Shown in pieces: positions 50,713-64,000 of a DNA stretch of 64,000 nt. Position numbers and translations under genes: made by a program. The notes beneath the pieces were generated by a model. It was not told the origin of the DNA. It did not search any database and was given only the letters and a program-made list of their open reading frames with translations. The DNA is taken from NCBI RefSeq assembly GCF_037042905.1, contig NC_087250.1, positions 21,640,001 through 21,704,000 of the forward strand. Direction: 5' to 3'. The number at the start of each line of letters is the position of its first letter. The first letter of the stretch is position 1. The DNA is from Lytechinus pictus (Eukaryota).

Positions 50713-53134
50713 AATCTTTTCCTATCTTATTTCAAGTCTCCACACTAGCTCTAGCCCTGTGCCCTCTGAGATATTATGATCAAAGCATTTGTCGCAAGAG
50801 TATATGTCGTGTCATCCAAAGATTGGATAGATTAACCCATTTCTTGGTGGCCAGATTAGTCCACCAAATTCATCTATTTCATATTCTTGGTGGCCCGCAA
50901 AGCAATAGAAAACATTACAATTTATCAAAAGTTTGGTAGCCCGACCGGGCCACCAAGTGTGGGCTTTAACAGAATTTTGGTTGCCAGACTCTCATTTTTG
51001 GTTGCCCTGGACCGCTGCTAATGTCAAGCCTTGCATTTTAATGTTAAATCCTTTTGTTAAATTGCTGTATGTATAAACAGGTATTCCCGTGTTATAGAGG
51101 ACCATATGAATGCTAAGTATGTGTTTTCCCTTTACCATATATCATCCATTGCAATATCTTAATATTCATACCTGGGCCTGTTTTACAAACAGTTACGATT
51201 GATTCAATCAACCACAACTAGGAAAGCCAGCAACGTCAACACCTAAAATACAAATTTGTTTAGAATATTTGCTAAATATGATGTATATTCATGCATTCAT
51301 ATTTTTCTTGAAAATTCAGTGTGCTTTTCTTTGTTTACAAAAGACATTGTGCAAATTTCCTGAAGAAAAAATTATGACATTGATGGATTTCCATATACTT
51401 GTGGTTGATCGGATCATTCATAACTCTTTGTAAGACAGGGCCCTGCTTATACCTTATATCGTGGCTAGGCTGATAAAACCTTGTATTTCAAAAAAAAAAA
51501 ATATTGAGGGCAGCTTAAGAAAAGGTTGTATTTTGAAATGATAGCAATGGTGCCAGTCTCATATTGTCAAAAAACAGTCTCCTGATACCTGTGAAGAACT
51601 CTTTCAAGGCAAATGAAGGTTGTTGCCCCTGTTATGAATCTGTAATCTGGCTTATTCCGAGCTGTCATCAAAATATTTTCACTTTGAGATACGAGGTTTT
51701 ATTAGCCCAACTACCTTGGGGTTTCTGTCGGTAGATTATCATATTAGACGGCTGTTTGCTCTGATTACTTAAAATCATTCATTGGGTTAGTACAGCAGGT
51801 TATTCTAATTGGTTTTTCGCTTGTTATTCTGAAGGTTTAGTTTTCCGAAGGCTCAATAGTTACTCAAAATGTTGATTGATCCAGAGGTTTGTTGTACTGA
51901 AAGTTGAAAGTTGGTTACTCTGACCACAGACAATGTGTGTTATCAGATTTATTAGAGGTTTAATAGTTTAAAAATGAAGTAATGTATACTTCATAAAATT
52001 CACCGGTGATATTACAATAAACAATCTTTTTTTTATTGGCTAATAAACATAGTTTTCCCATGTTTTTTTCATGTTCAGACTCACTAATGCTATAGAATGA
52101 TGAAGCGTATTTTATTGAACCTCTGGAATAACAAACCCCTTTTTCTCGGAATAATAAGCCTTTGGAGTATTGGAATCTTTAGAATAGCAAACATCTGCCA
52201 TTCATTAAAACAATTAAACAAAAGATAGAAATTGGGGAAAATATAAAAAGAAGACTACGTGGAAATACATGTATTGGCATCTCTTTTGTTATAAAAATTT
52301 TAATTCATCACAAAGATTTCAAGATATAAATCCAAGGGTGTAGGGTATTCATTATCTTTGTGAGTTGCCTAACTCTTTTCTAAATTTGAATACGTGCATT
52401 AGAGTTAGGCAAATTCACAACTTTTGTCTATGGTGTATAATATCATTTATAGAGTTAGGCAAACTTCTTTAAACGCGGGATGTCCACGGTAAGAATTAGC
52501 ATTCATTGTTCAATGGGTATAGTACAGTATATCCCAGCAACATTTTTTTATTGTGTTTATTTATGATGTAGCGATATCATGCTACATATGTATTTAATGA
52601 TGGAGAATTCTGAAGTTTTGCAAAGGAAAATCATTTCGCAAGATGGAAATATAGAATGGGTAGCATATTTTAACATGTTGATCGTATACACACACACACA
52701 AAAAAAAGTGTTGTTGAGCTTTGTCGGTTTTGTGTCTTATACCATTTTCTAAATCTATGCAGCTTGAGTGTTTAGCCAGTCTACAATGGTTTATTAAAAC
52801 AAACTTTCTTGCTCTTTATTTTATTTATTCTGTTTTATTTTCTCTCTCTTCCTTTCTCTCTTGGTGAGGGCTTTAAGACTGACCTTGTTACTATGTACAC
52901 TGTATATATTCTTTGAACTCAGTAAGCTGGGCCATATGGATTATTAGAACATTAGTATTGGTGTTGGTGATAAAAGCTATTAGACTTGTTGAATAACTAT
53001 GCTTGGTTAACAAAAAGGCTGTTTAAAAGCTCACTAAATGCTTGCTAGAGAATAGACATAGCAACATGCAAATTATGTCCTGAGCTAACTGGGTTACAGT
53101 TTGGTTGCACAAGTTCTCCATGCAGATATGGTTT

Positions 53135-53550
53135 ATTTCCAATTAGTCTAATGCCAATTCATCCAATTGCCCACTAGTCTAATACCATTTGGTCCATCAT
53201 CAGTTTGTCTACTCACCACATGGTCTACTTTCATTTAGTCTAATGCCATTCCGTCTAATAACCAGTTGGTCCAATAGTAATTTAGTCTGTATACCATTTG
53301 TTCTAATTAAACTAAAGTGTGCAAAATGAATAAAAGCAAATGGGTATTAGACTAGGCCTATATTAGACCAACTGGTTATTGGATGAAATGGTAATAGACT
53401 AAATGGTGATTAGACGAAGTGATGATTGAACCAAATGGTTATTGGACAAAATGGTTGTTAGATGAAATGTTGATGGATGGAATGGCATTAGAATCAATGA
53501 AGGTAGACCATGTGGTGAGTGGACGAGTTGGCAGTCGACGAATTGGCAGT
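53135..53550. mobile_element. Foldback-type element with short internal repeats
   Basis: Left-arm units (gtctaat/gtccaat, ccatttgg) are mirrored by attagac/attggac and ccaaatgg on the right. Confidence 0.6.
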
Positions 53551-55744
53551 GAATTTTAATGTAGAATGTGCATATTACTTATAGACAGGTGGAGTAATTG
53601 TGAAGTTATCAGTACAATCAATATGCCAGGTTCAGTGATGCACAATAGAGGGTCTGATGTTGAAAGACTACAAGCTATTCACAGTGACTGTGGTCGGCAA
53701 AAAGTAATTAGGTGGTTTCAGACCGCCGCGAAGTTCGTCAGTTCCAGGTATTTCCTGATCGGGAAATTTACCCGATCAGAAAATACCAGGTAATATTGGC
53801 AATGTGAAAGCAAATTACACGTAATATCCCTGAAAGAAAATACCCAATAAATAGTAGGTACTTGGCAAAATTACGAGAACTTTTGTGGGGATTTTTCCAA
53901 GGTCACAGGTATTTTGGCAATGTGAAGCAATTTACGGGAACTTTTAGCCCAGCGTGTAGTTGGGCGCGGGCGCCGTGGGTGGCTGCTGAGCTAGTGGTTT
54001 TAAATCTCGCGCCTTGCCTGCTTATCAGACCATACTGCGCATGCTCCTAACTTCAGGAATAATATCCCGAAGGGTATGTTTTGGGGCGGTGTGAATGCAG
54101 GAATAATTAATGGGTATTTTTTAGCCTAAAAAAGTTCTTGTAATTTAACGGGGATTCTTATGATCGAGGCGGTTTGAAACCACCTATTGATTCCTCATGA
54201 ATGTTGATGTCCATCAGACTTTAACAATGGACAATGTGGAGGGTGGGAGGCCCCCTCATTTTGTTGAATTTTCGTAAGAAATCTAAAGGACCATTCTCAT
54301 TAAGACGGTGATGATCTGATTTCCGAGCTCATCGCGATATTTCCTCCTCTTGATTCACGCTGGAGCAAAACATTGCAATCTTTCCAGCCCTGTAAAAATG
54401 TTGCGGTCTTTTGGATATGAATGCACTTTCGATATGGATTGATTTCAATACCTACACCCAGCTTGCTTTGCGAATTGGCACCATGTGCAAATTCTAAAAT
54501 GAAAACATCGCAGAGTTTTAGATCATTGGAATCACGGTAGTATGATCACGAGTAAAATCATGAGTAATTTACTTGTGATTATAGGATATACATGTACACC
54601 GCAAGATGACTTGTGATATTCCACAGTTCAGTGGCGTATCTAGGACAAACGACGCCTAGGGCAAGCTCTGAAATCACGCCCCTTTCAAAGTGTATTTATG
54701 CAAGAATCTGATCATTATCTAAATGTGTTGGAAAAACTGCATTACCATGGTAATAGCATAGGGCGGGGATATTAATCACCTTCTGTGGTATTCCTTTTCT
54801 GCGTGTTATTCCTTATCCTTTCCCTTTTTTTCTTTTCCTTTTATTTATTTGTGCCCCCTCTCCCTTTTTTGCGTCCCGCTTAAAGTGTCGCCTTGGGCAT
54901 GTGCCAAAAAAACTTGTTTTAGGGGGTTATTTTGCACACACAGAAAAAAAAATCATCTTTTAAGGGGGTGTTTGGAAATAATTTGGTCATGCATGTGTTC
55001 AGCAATACATGTGACTGCCCCCCACTCGGGTAATTTTAAAGGTTTGCCATTCTGTATATTACACAATCGTTCCATCACATCAAATTCCGAATTCACTCAC
55101 CCCACCCATCTCAAAGTGTTTTTCACTCATATCACACAACTCTCGGCTCCATTTTCACTAACCTTTTCACTCACATTAGACAACTTTCCCCTTTTCATCC
55201 ACTTATTCACTAATATTAATCATCCCTCACTTTCCACCAAGAAATCTGTCAGTCAATCTTGTTATGTTAGGGGTTCCCAGCCCATCAGGGAAATCGGAGA
55301 AAATAAATTTACTTTTTTTCCAGTCAGGGGAAAAAATCGGGGAATTTGATAAAATAATTACCTCAAATCAGGGGGAAATGCCTGAAATGAGGGAAAAATC
55401 AGGGAATTTTGATCATCCCAAAAGTCGAAAGCACGATAGTCAGTCAGACTGTTATATTTTGTTGCATATCAAAACAACATCCGTTGAACGACTGGTTATG
55501 GTGGTACTAATTAGTTTTACATTGTTGCGAAACTGGGAGTGGGATTAAATAATTATCAGGGAATTGTTAAACTTCAGGGATAATCAAGGAATTTTGTTTT
55601 CTTGAAAAGCTGGGAACCCTGATGTTACACATCCCTCCATTTTCACTAACCTATTCGCTGTGTAATCTTCTCAGTTCATTTTCAAAGGTGTTGTACATGT
55701 ATATCACAACCCTCTAATTTCATCTCAACTTTGAAATCCCTTAT

Positions 55745-56650
55745 GTTGCACAACCCCCATCGCCTTTTCATCAACACATTCACTCACATTGCACAACCCT
55801 ACCCTACACTACAAATGTGTGTAATCTTGTCTGTTCAATATCAAAGCTATTACACAACTTTCATAATTTAATCTCAAGTTTGCAATTATATTGCACAACC
55901 CCCATTTCCTTTTCATCAACACATTGCACAACCCCACCCTGCACTACAAATGTGTGTAATCTTGTCTCTTCAATATCAAAGCTATTACACAACTCTCATA
56001 ATTTCATCTCAAGTTTGCAATTATATTGCACAACCCCCATTTCCTTTTCATCAACACATTGCACAACCCTACCCTGCACTACAAATGTGTGTAATCTTGT
56101 CTCTTCAATATCAAAGCTATTACACAACTCTCATAATTTCATCTCAAGTTTGCAATTATATTGCACAACCCTCATTTCCTTTTCATCAACACATTGCACA
56201 ACCCTACCCTACACTACAAATGTGTGTAATCTTGTCTCTTCAATATCAAAGCTATTACACAACTCTCATAATTTCATCTCAAGTTTGCAATTATATTGCA
56301 CGACCCCCATTTCCTTTTCATCAACACATTACACAACCCTACCCTACACTACAAATGTGTGTAATCTATCTGTTCCATATCAAAGCTATTACACAACTCT
56401 CATAATTTCATCTCAAGTTTGCAATTATATTGCACAACCCCCATTTCCTTTTCATCAACACATTGCACAACCCTACCCTACACTACAAATGTGTGTAATC
56501 TTGTCTGTTCAATATCAAAGCTATTACACAACTCTCATAATTTCATCTCAAGTTTGCAATTATATTGCACAACCCCCATTTCCTTTTCATCAACACATTG
56601 CACAACCCTACCCTACACTACAAATGTGTGTAAATCTTGTCTGTTCACTT
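55745..56650. repeat. 135-bp minisatellite, ~6.5 highly similar copies
   Basis: acaaatgtgtgtaa recurs at 55811, 55946, 56081, 56216, 56351, 56485 and 56620. Confidence 0.95.
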
Positions 56651-59271
56651 TCCAAAGGTGTTTTAACACTCCAATTCGACGCACCAAGCACACACATAGA
56701 ATAGTACCTTATGAAACACACCCCATCCCCACTCATAGGGAGAGCAGGTAGGTACAATGAATGTATTCTAAAAATTGATAATGCTAGGAGTCCATTGGAC
56801 TGGGACCAGTTTGCTCTAGTTGGTACCAGTTCACGCCAATGCAAAGCTGCTGTGGTGCCTTGTGTCGCCAATAAGGTACCTATTGGCCTGCAGTGGCTCA
56901 AACTGCCTCCCAACTGGCGCGTAGTGGCGTCAAAAATTGAATTTGGCAAGGGAAAAATTTAATTTGTCTAATTGAATTTAGCGCGATGAGAATTTTGATC
57001 ATCACGTGCCAGTTGGGGGGTCAGATTGAGCCGCTACATGCGACTAGGCAACCTTATTGGCGATACTAGGCGCCAGAACCGCTTGCTAATTTCGTAAACT
57101 GGTGCCGCCCAGTGGACTCTTAGTATAAACTACACTCCAGGCCTACAGTACATCTTTATATACATGTATTATTTGAAACTTTTAGCAATTAATGTAAAAC
57201 TTTATTATAAACTACCGTACATTTGATTTAGATTTTCACACAACCAACCACAGATTCTCCTGTTGGGAAAAAATTAATAATGCATGATTAATTCATGCTC
57301 CACACAAGGATTTGGTGAATCTGCTTAATATGTAAAGTAAAATATTTTGGAGACCACCCCAAAATTTTTTGATTGAAGTGCAATATAACTTTTGAAGATA
57401 ACAAAGTGCATGTCTTGCATGTTCTGGGTCCCGTAACACAGAGGTTAGCAATTAATCGTACACTCGTAGTCTATGCAATCAATCGTAGAAAAATGTTCTA
57501 CGATCATTGCTAAGCTTTGTGTTACGGGCCCCTGGACTGAATAATTGCTTCTTTAACTATATACATGTAGTTCTGGGTGTGGATCAGGGATTTTGAAACA
57601 GAATGGGGTGCAAATAGCAAAATTTAGAGATAGAGGGGGACACAAATGACAATTTTCTTAGATTTAAATCAATTTATTAATATGTGATTCAAATGGACAA
57701 TCTTGGAATATGGACAGGGCGTGTACCTCTTGCCGCCCCCCCCCCCTCATGTTGAACTGTAGGGAGATGCATGTAGGTTGCATGAATAGGCCAACTTTAT
57801 ACTCTGTAATGTTTATTCTTGAATTCAAGTACTTTAGCAGATTACATTCAGATATTTAGATACTCAAAATTTGTTGTCATGCTCAAAATAAAAAAGAAAT
57901 TACATTGGCATAAAAATCATATTCTGGCTGTTGGTATACAAAGAACAATATATAATAAATAATTACAAAAATAATGGCATTGAATATACAATGCAAAATT
58001 ACAGTGACATAATACTAACCCCAAACAATTTAATAGTATGCTATTAGGAATTCATTACCATTTGCTATATAAAAAAAGGAGAAAAAACATCCCACTGCCC
58101 TAGCAATATTTAATTCATATGGATCGATATCAAATTAAACGGTGCAAACTAGTAGTTGCATGATGGCCTGCTTGAATGTGAATAGCAATGTTAGGCATTT
58201 TGATATGTGCACTACATACAGGCCCGTATTCTGAAGTTGAGTTAAACTTTAATTTTATAACCTATTATCTATCCGCCCTTTGACACGGTAAAAAAAAAGT
58301 ACATGTAATTTGCATTCATGATGATTCCAGTGAAAAATAAGGCTGATGACAAATTTTTAGCAGGTGTGAAAAAAACTAGAACATGATTACCGGTAGAATC
58401 ACGAACACTAATTACAATCACGTATTCAAATTCTACTCCGGAAGTGAATTCCAGTTAAGTTTCACTCAAATTACTGTACAAATTTTGAGTGTGAAAGGCT
58501 TGATCTCCAAAACATCTTTGGGGCGGAGCTTACGTGACCTTTTAAGCACTTCCGTAGATAATACAATTGTCATGCACTCATTGTAGTTTGTATTTGCAAT
58601 GCAGTGCTTTGATTGACAAGTCACCAAGGACACATACCGTCTTCGCTCAGGAATTTGAATTTAAATCACAATTTTCGAGTGAGCGTGTGAAATGTCCGAT
58701 GATTCTATAGACGAATTGCAATCATCATTACAAAGATGATTCAAGATTCACGTTTGAAAAGGCCCTAAGTCTGTGATGAAAGAAGGGGAAGTCGAAAAGG
58801 ACAAATTTTGTGGATATTGTGTTTTTATGTGTACTATTTTGTTTACTCATTCTGATTTAGTGATGAAGAAATTTATTTTCGTTCTTACTCCCAGAGAGTT
58901 TTGAATGATTTTAGTGTCATATACCTCTGCCGTAATGGATTTGTGGTGAACCTGCCTCTCCATATTAAAGTAAACCACAACCTAATTCAGACCAAAATTT
59001 AGATAAAACTCGAGTTCAGAATAGGGGCCATAGGTATTAAAGACATTATGTTGCAGTCCGAGGATACACTCTAGAATAAATATAGTAAACAAAATATACC
59101 AAGTCTACCCAAACAAACAGATGATTTGAATAAATGGAGATAAAGCAAACAAGCAAAACACTGATAATTGTATTAAAATTGGATGTAATGTTGTATTAGA
59201 TAATTATTTTCTCAGGTCATACTGTATAAACACCCTGCTTGTATGCAAATGAGCAAGCTGGTAATATAGAG

Positions 59272-59452
59272 CAGGGGCCGCGGAACCGGGGGGGGCTGGG
59301 GGGGCTTCAGCCCCCCCCCCCCCACTTTTTTCCAAAACCGTGTACAAAAATGTAAAAATGACCATATGATTGTGATTTTTAGCATGGTCAGCCCCCCCCA
59401 CTTTTGGCTCAGCCCCCCCCCCCCCACTTTGAAAACCGTTCCGCGGCCCCTG
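59272..59452. mobile_element. GC-rich MITE inserted in the end of a palindromic element (about 59265-59693)
   Basis: CAGGGGCCGCGGAAC...GTTCCGCGGCCCCTG with TAGAG duplicated. Host element TIR TATAGAGTACC/GGTACTCTATA. Confidence 0.7.
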
Positions 59453-60006
59453 TAGAGTACCAAAGAGTGACGTCAGTTGCCATGGTGTCATGGTGGGCTG
59501 TTCCTAGACAGAGCCGCAGCTGACGGTCATCTGTACATATTGGCTTGTCTGAAAAATAGGTAGCAAGCGATCAAATTCCGATGGAAGCCATTTTCTCCTA
59601 TGAGAAACACCCGCTTTCATTTGGCAGGTTCATTTTAGAACCAGGCCGCCATGACACCATGGCAACTCTGACGTCATTGCTTCGGTACTCTATAAACATA
59701 CACTCTTTGTAGTATGAAGCTGTGTTACTTCCATTGTGTATTGCATGGTTATACTAAAAGCATGAGCATGCTGATAACTAATACAAACTGCTTTAAATTT
59801 GTTAGCCTCTAGCACAGGTCCTTTTAATTAATTTTATAGACCACATTTTTCTGGTGTAACATTTACTTATTAACAAATTCACCAAGTACAGTGAATCCCG
59901 AGCTTGCAGTACGATCCCCCCCCCCCCCACTCCCCACTAGAACAAATTAAATCTTGAAGTATTTCATAGAAGTGTGGACATTATTCTTACTTGGTGTAGA
60001 CTTTAA

Positions 60007-60677
60007 CCCTAAGAAGACGGGGGGGCTGATTCAGCCCCCCCTCGAAATGTTTTGCGATAAATCCGCCGCGTCGCGTCGCTTGCTGACTTTTTACTTTCAA
60101 GTCTCGCGCAACTTTTGAGACCAAAATTGTGACCCCCGGGTATGCGGTTCCGAAATTTCGCAACATTTTGTAAGTGCATGCAGACCCAAAATTGCTCCAA
60201 AACGTGAATTTGTGTACAAATCCAATGCAAATAGTGTTTTTAGCTTAAATTCATAAATATATCATTATTTTCCCTTTCACTGATTAAAATCAATAAATTC
60301 CATCTTATTTATGGTCAAAATAAACTCCTTGACGATTTTCATTGAAAAAACAATAAAGAACAAAAAGTCAAAAAACAACGAAATACATAAGAAATTTAGA
60401 AAACAATGAAATAAATAAGTAAACAAAGGTGATGTTGAATTTTTTTAAAGTACATTTTAGATCCCAATGAAGAGTTCCTGTACCAAAAATTAGCATTTTA
60501 GGGGCATTATTTAGTTAATTAGAGCAAAATTTTGATTTTATGCATAAATTAGCATAATTAATTAGCAATGAGAATTTTCGTCGCGATCACGCAATCGACA
60601 GACGAGATCATAAGGGGGGGGCTGAATCAGCCCCCCTCAGTCTTCTTAGTGGTCAAAATAGCCCAGTCTATTTAGGG
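60007..60677. mobile_element. piggyBac-like MITE
   Basis: TTAA|CCCTAAGAAGAC...GTCTATTTAGGG|TTAA, with internal GGGGGGCTGATTCAGCCCCCC palindromes. Confidence 0.78.
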
Positions 60678-61400
60678 TTAAAGGGGATACTCTGGGCTGG
60701 AGATGTTTATATCTAAATAAATGAATAAAATTCACAGTGCAAAATGCTGAAAATTTCATCAACACCAGATAACAAATAACAAAGTTATTGACTTTTAAAT
60801 GTTCATATTATTCCTTATTCATGTGAAACATTTCTAGGCAAGTCTTCATGAATATTTATTGTATCTCACTCAACATCTTCAAAACAACCTTGCACTCGCT
60901 TGTGTTGTAAATAACGTGATACCTTTCTTTTGTTAAAGATTGGGTCTGACTATTAAAGAATTTCACTTATAATTCACTGTTATACATATTTATAGTTCAT
61001 CATGGGTTTATCAGATCAGTCATTTCATAAAATCAGGATACGTCCCCCCCCCCCCACCATCTCTCTCCCTCTCTCTATTTCACCTCTTTTTTTTCTCTCT
61101 CTGTTGAGATCTATTCAAATTTTTTGTTCTAAAAGCTTTTTCATTGCATTTCATCATATTTGTTATTCTTTATATGCAGACTAGATTTTTCTGTTTTGCT
61201 TGAAAACTCTTAAAATGTACCTTCCAGTTTTGCAAGTAGTTATTGTTACGTTGAGACTAATTTTTGAAAATGCTCTTTTTTGTCAAAAATACTATTTTTT
61301 TCCTTCTAAGAATACTTTTTGTTGTTGTAGAAGTTTGGCAGGTCTGTATACATATAGTTCTTGATCCTTGACAATGCAGAGCTTCTCAGTATTATGAGTA

Positions 61401-61645
61401 CACTGTAAAAACTCTGGTGTTGATTTAACACCAGCCCGGAATCTATATCTGTCCACACCAGAGAAGTGTTAAACAACACCAATTTGGTTTTGGTCTCACA
61501 CCAGGTATGTGTTTATACTACTACACCAATTAGTATTAAAACAGCATCGGTTTGATTCCAAACTGGTGTTATTTCAATACTTCTCTGCTGTGGACAGATA
61601 TAGATTCCGGGCTGGTGTTAAATCAAGACTGGAGTTTTTGCAGTG
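61401..61645. mobile_element. CACTG-terminated (EnSpm-like) palindromic MITE
   Basis: CACTGTAAAAACTC...GAGTTTTTGCAGTG with ~60-bp inverted arms. Confidence 0.7.
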
Positions 61646-62484
61646 TGGTTGAGTGTTTAGTCTGCAAGGCATTTTATCTACATATGCCACTCTCCACCCA
61701 AGGGGGTGTTTCACAAAGATTTCAGTATGACTTAGAGTTGATATGCAACGCGCAATCTTATTGATCAATACGCAGTTTTGCGCGTCCTCTTCGCATGATC
61801 TGACCAATGTGGTGATGCCTTTTATACTTCACGCCACTAGACATTTAAGTGTGTTTAGACCATTGATATATAAGAACTGGATAGAGCTTGTATGCTGCTT
61901 CACGCACACGACCTTGAAGCGACAGGAAAAGTACTCCATGACACAGTTATCATGGGACCATGCCTACCTGTATGAAACAGCAAGCACACACAAGAAAAAC
62001 ATGTGTGGAACTTTGTGTGCGCTTGACCATTTGGAGTACATTCTCGGTTCCCACAGTCATTGAAAATCCTGGAAAAAATTTGTGGTCATGGAAAGTCAGG
62101 GAATATGGAAAATTTGTGAAAACTCATGGAATTGCATTTACCTCTTGGTTATGGGAGCTTTCCAGTTTGCTGTGTCTCGCAAGACGCAACTCTCATACTC
62201 TGCTATTATAATTGGTGTTCATGATATTTATTTTTCCCAGTTTTGTGACTTCCCAAATTCTACATAACTCCCGGGAAGTCATGGAAAGCAGCAATTTAGT
62301 CATGGAATTCTGTTTTCGAATTTCTGTGGGACCCCTGACATTTAAGACCATGTAGCTATTGCTATCAAGCTGTTGATGTCGGTGGTACACACCAGGAAAA
62401 AAATATTTCTACAGGTGCCATTCGGCTGTATTCTTGTACGGACACATATGTCCAACCATAATAGGAAACAAATAAAAATATTAG

Positions 62485-63071
62485 AGGAGAATGAAACCCT
62501 TGAAACCAGCTGAATCCATATCAAAGAGAAAAATCAAAGAAACATATTGTTGAAAGTTTGAGGAAGATTGAATGAATAATAAGAAAGTTATGAGCATTTG
62601 AATATTGAGATCACTAATGCCATGTAGTTCCTCCCATTGGCAATGCGACCAAGATATGTGATGTCACACACGTACAACTCCCTCATTACTTTAGTACTTA
62701 TTTCACTTATATTCTCACTTTTATAGAGTCTATCACAAGGTGAGGTGTTCTCTTTATGAGAGGACAAGTACAGAGGTTTCACAACATTATATCATTGATG
62801 AATCGTTTGTCATATGATTAGAATGATGAGCAAAAAGAGATGTTTTTGGGTATATTTTCAGTGTCCAAAAGGGGAGAGTTTTTCATCTGTGACATCATAG
62901 ATCTTGGTCGCATTGCCAATGGGAGGATCTCTATAGCATTAGTGATCTCCACATTCAAATGCTCATAACTCTTTTATTGCTAGTCCTATTTTACTCAAAC
63001 TTTTGTTGATCTTATTCTTTGATTTTTCTGCTTTCACAAAAGCTAACTTGCTCCAAGAGTTTCATTCTCCT
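62485..63071. mobile_element. Kolobok-like MITE family C
   Basis: AGGAGAATGAAAC...GTTTCATTCTCCT|TTAA with long internal inverted arms. Confidence 0.75.
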
Positions 63072-63186
63072 TTAAGATGCAATTTACTCATGGCTCACTC
63101 CAGTGTCAAAATCTTTACAATTTATTTTCCTGTTTCCAGTAACTTCTCTCAAAATTGTAATTGTGTATTTTTACTTCTATTTTCAG

Positions 63187-63259
63187 TCGACGAGCCCACG
63201 ATCCTGACTGCTACCCAGTGACGTGTGAGGTGTCGCCTTTATTATCTTACGCAGGAGAG
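63187..63259 (+). CDS. UAP1: UAP1 coding exon 8 (SRRAHDPDCYPVTCEVSPLLSYAGE); final exon lies beyond the window
   Basis: ttttcAG acceptor and GAG|GTAAAA donor. CEVSPLLSYAGE matches the conserved UAP1 C-terminal motif. Phase 2 matches exon 7 across a 14.7-kb intron. Confidence 0.93.
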
Positions 63260-64000
63260 GTAAAATCACTTGTATGATGGTGTGCTTGTATCAAATATGG
63301 CATGGTTAAGGGTTGCTTTCTGTTTGCAAAACAGTTGTATGCTGAACAGGGGGGGGGGGGGGCTTTTCGTCAACATTTTTCGTCCGACAATTTGTTAGAT
63401 CTGACAATTTTCCTTGATTTTAATTGGCTGAGAAGCAGTCCCTATTGTTAACTCTTGGATAAAATCGTGAGTCATTTCACTGCATGAACTAACCTATCAT
63501 GATATAAAACAAATATTGACTGCAAATATTATACTCATGCACCAGAAAAATCTGTCAAATTTTGACTAGATAAGGGAAGAGTTTACCTCATGGTTTTATT
63601 TTTGTCTCACCTGCATAGCAGAGTGAGACTATAGGCGCCGCTTTTCCGACGGCGGCGGCGACGGCGGCGGCGACGGCGACGGCGGCGGCGGCGTCAACAC
63701 CAAATCTTAACCTGAGGTTAAGTTTTTGAAATGACAGCATAATTTAGAAAGTATATGGACCTAGTTCATGAAACTTGGCCATAAGGTTAATCAAGTATTA
63801 CTGAACATCCTGCCTGAGTTTCATGTGACATGACCAAGGTCAAAGGTCATTTAGGGTCAATGAACTTAGACCATGTTGGGGGAATCAACATCAAAATCTT
63901 AACCTAAGGTTAAGTTTTTGAAATGTCATCATAACTTAGAAAATATATGGACCTAGTTCATGAAACTTATACATAAGGTTAATCAAGTATCACTGAACAT

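Noticed and set aside
50267..50939. Opposing 103-aa and 174-aa ORFs with similar sequence
   Set aside because: They are mirror translations of a palindromic MITE.
52805..52926. In-frame alternative UAP1 cassette exon after a strong pyrimidine tract
   Set aside because: The available AG-to-GTAAG intervals are not multiples of 3 and do not preserve phase 2.
55817..56704. 295-aa Cys/Thr-rich repeat ORF
   Set aside because: It is a by-product of the 135-bp tandem repeat, starts at a non-ATG codon, shifts frame at a 134-bp unit and is intronic.

Overview
AT-rich, repeat-dense animal genomic DNA. An echinoderm (sea-urchin-like) origin is my inference from composition and repeat style only. The one recognisable protein-coding gene is a spliced UDP-N-acetylhexosamine pyrophosphorylase (UAP1) on the + strand. 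It has 8 coding exons between 39331 and 63259 (1425 nt, 475 codons, all GT-AG and phase-compatible), and its last exon lies beyond the window. A candidate promoter and non-coding first exon sit at about 19.8 kb. The rest is mostly non-autonomous DNA transposons (TTAA Kolobok-like and piggyBac-like, 3-bp-TSD Harbinger-like, hAT-like, Helentron/HINE-like), tRNA-SINEs, LINE 3' ends, satellites and local duplications. The most notable object is a 7.5-kb CCC...GGG, 2-bp-TSD (CACTA/EnSpm-like) element at 26905-34424, which splits a MITE inside the presumed UAP1 first intron. It has CCAGTT/AACTGG subterminal arrays and no visible transposase. It carries a motif-rich promoter and a putative 4-5-exon antisense transcript, in which an exonised RTE-LINE tail and a tandemly duplicated exon splice in frame to a 109-aa ORF. 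Also present are decayed duplicates of UAP1 exons 4 and 5 and several hairpins. All calls come from reading the sequence by eye, with no database searches.
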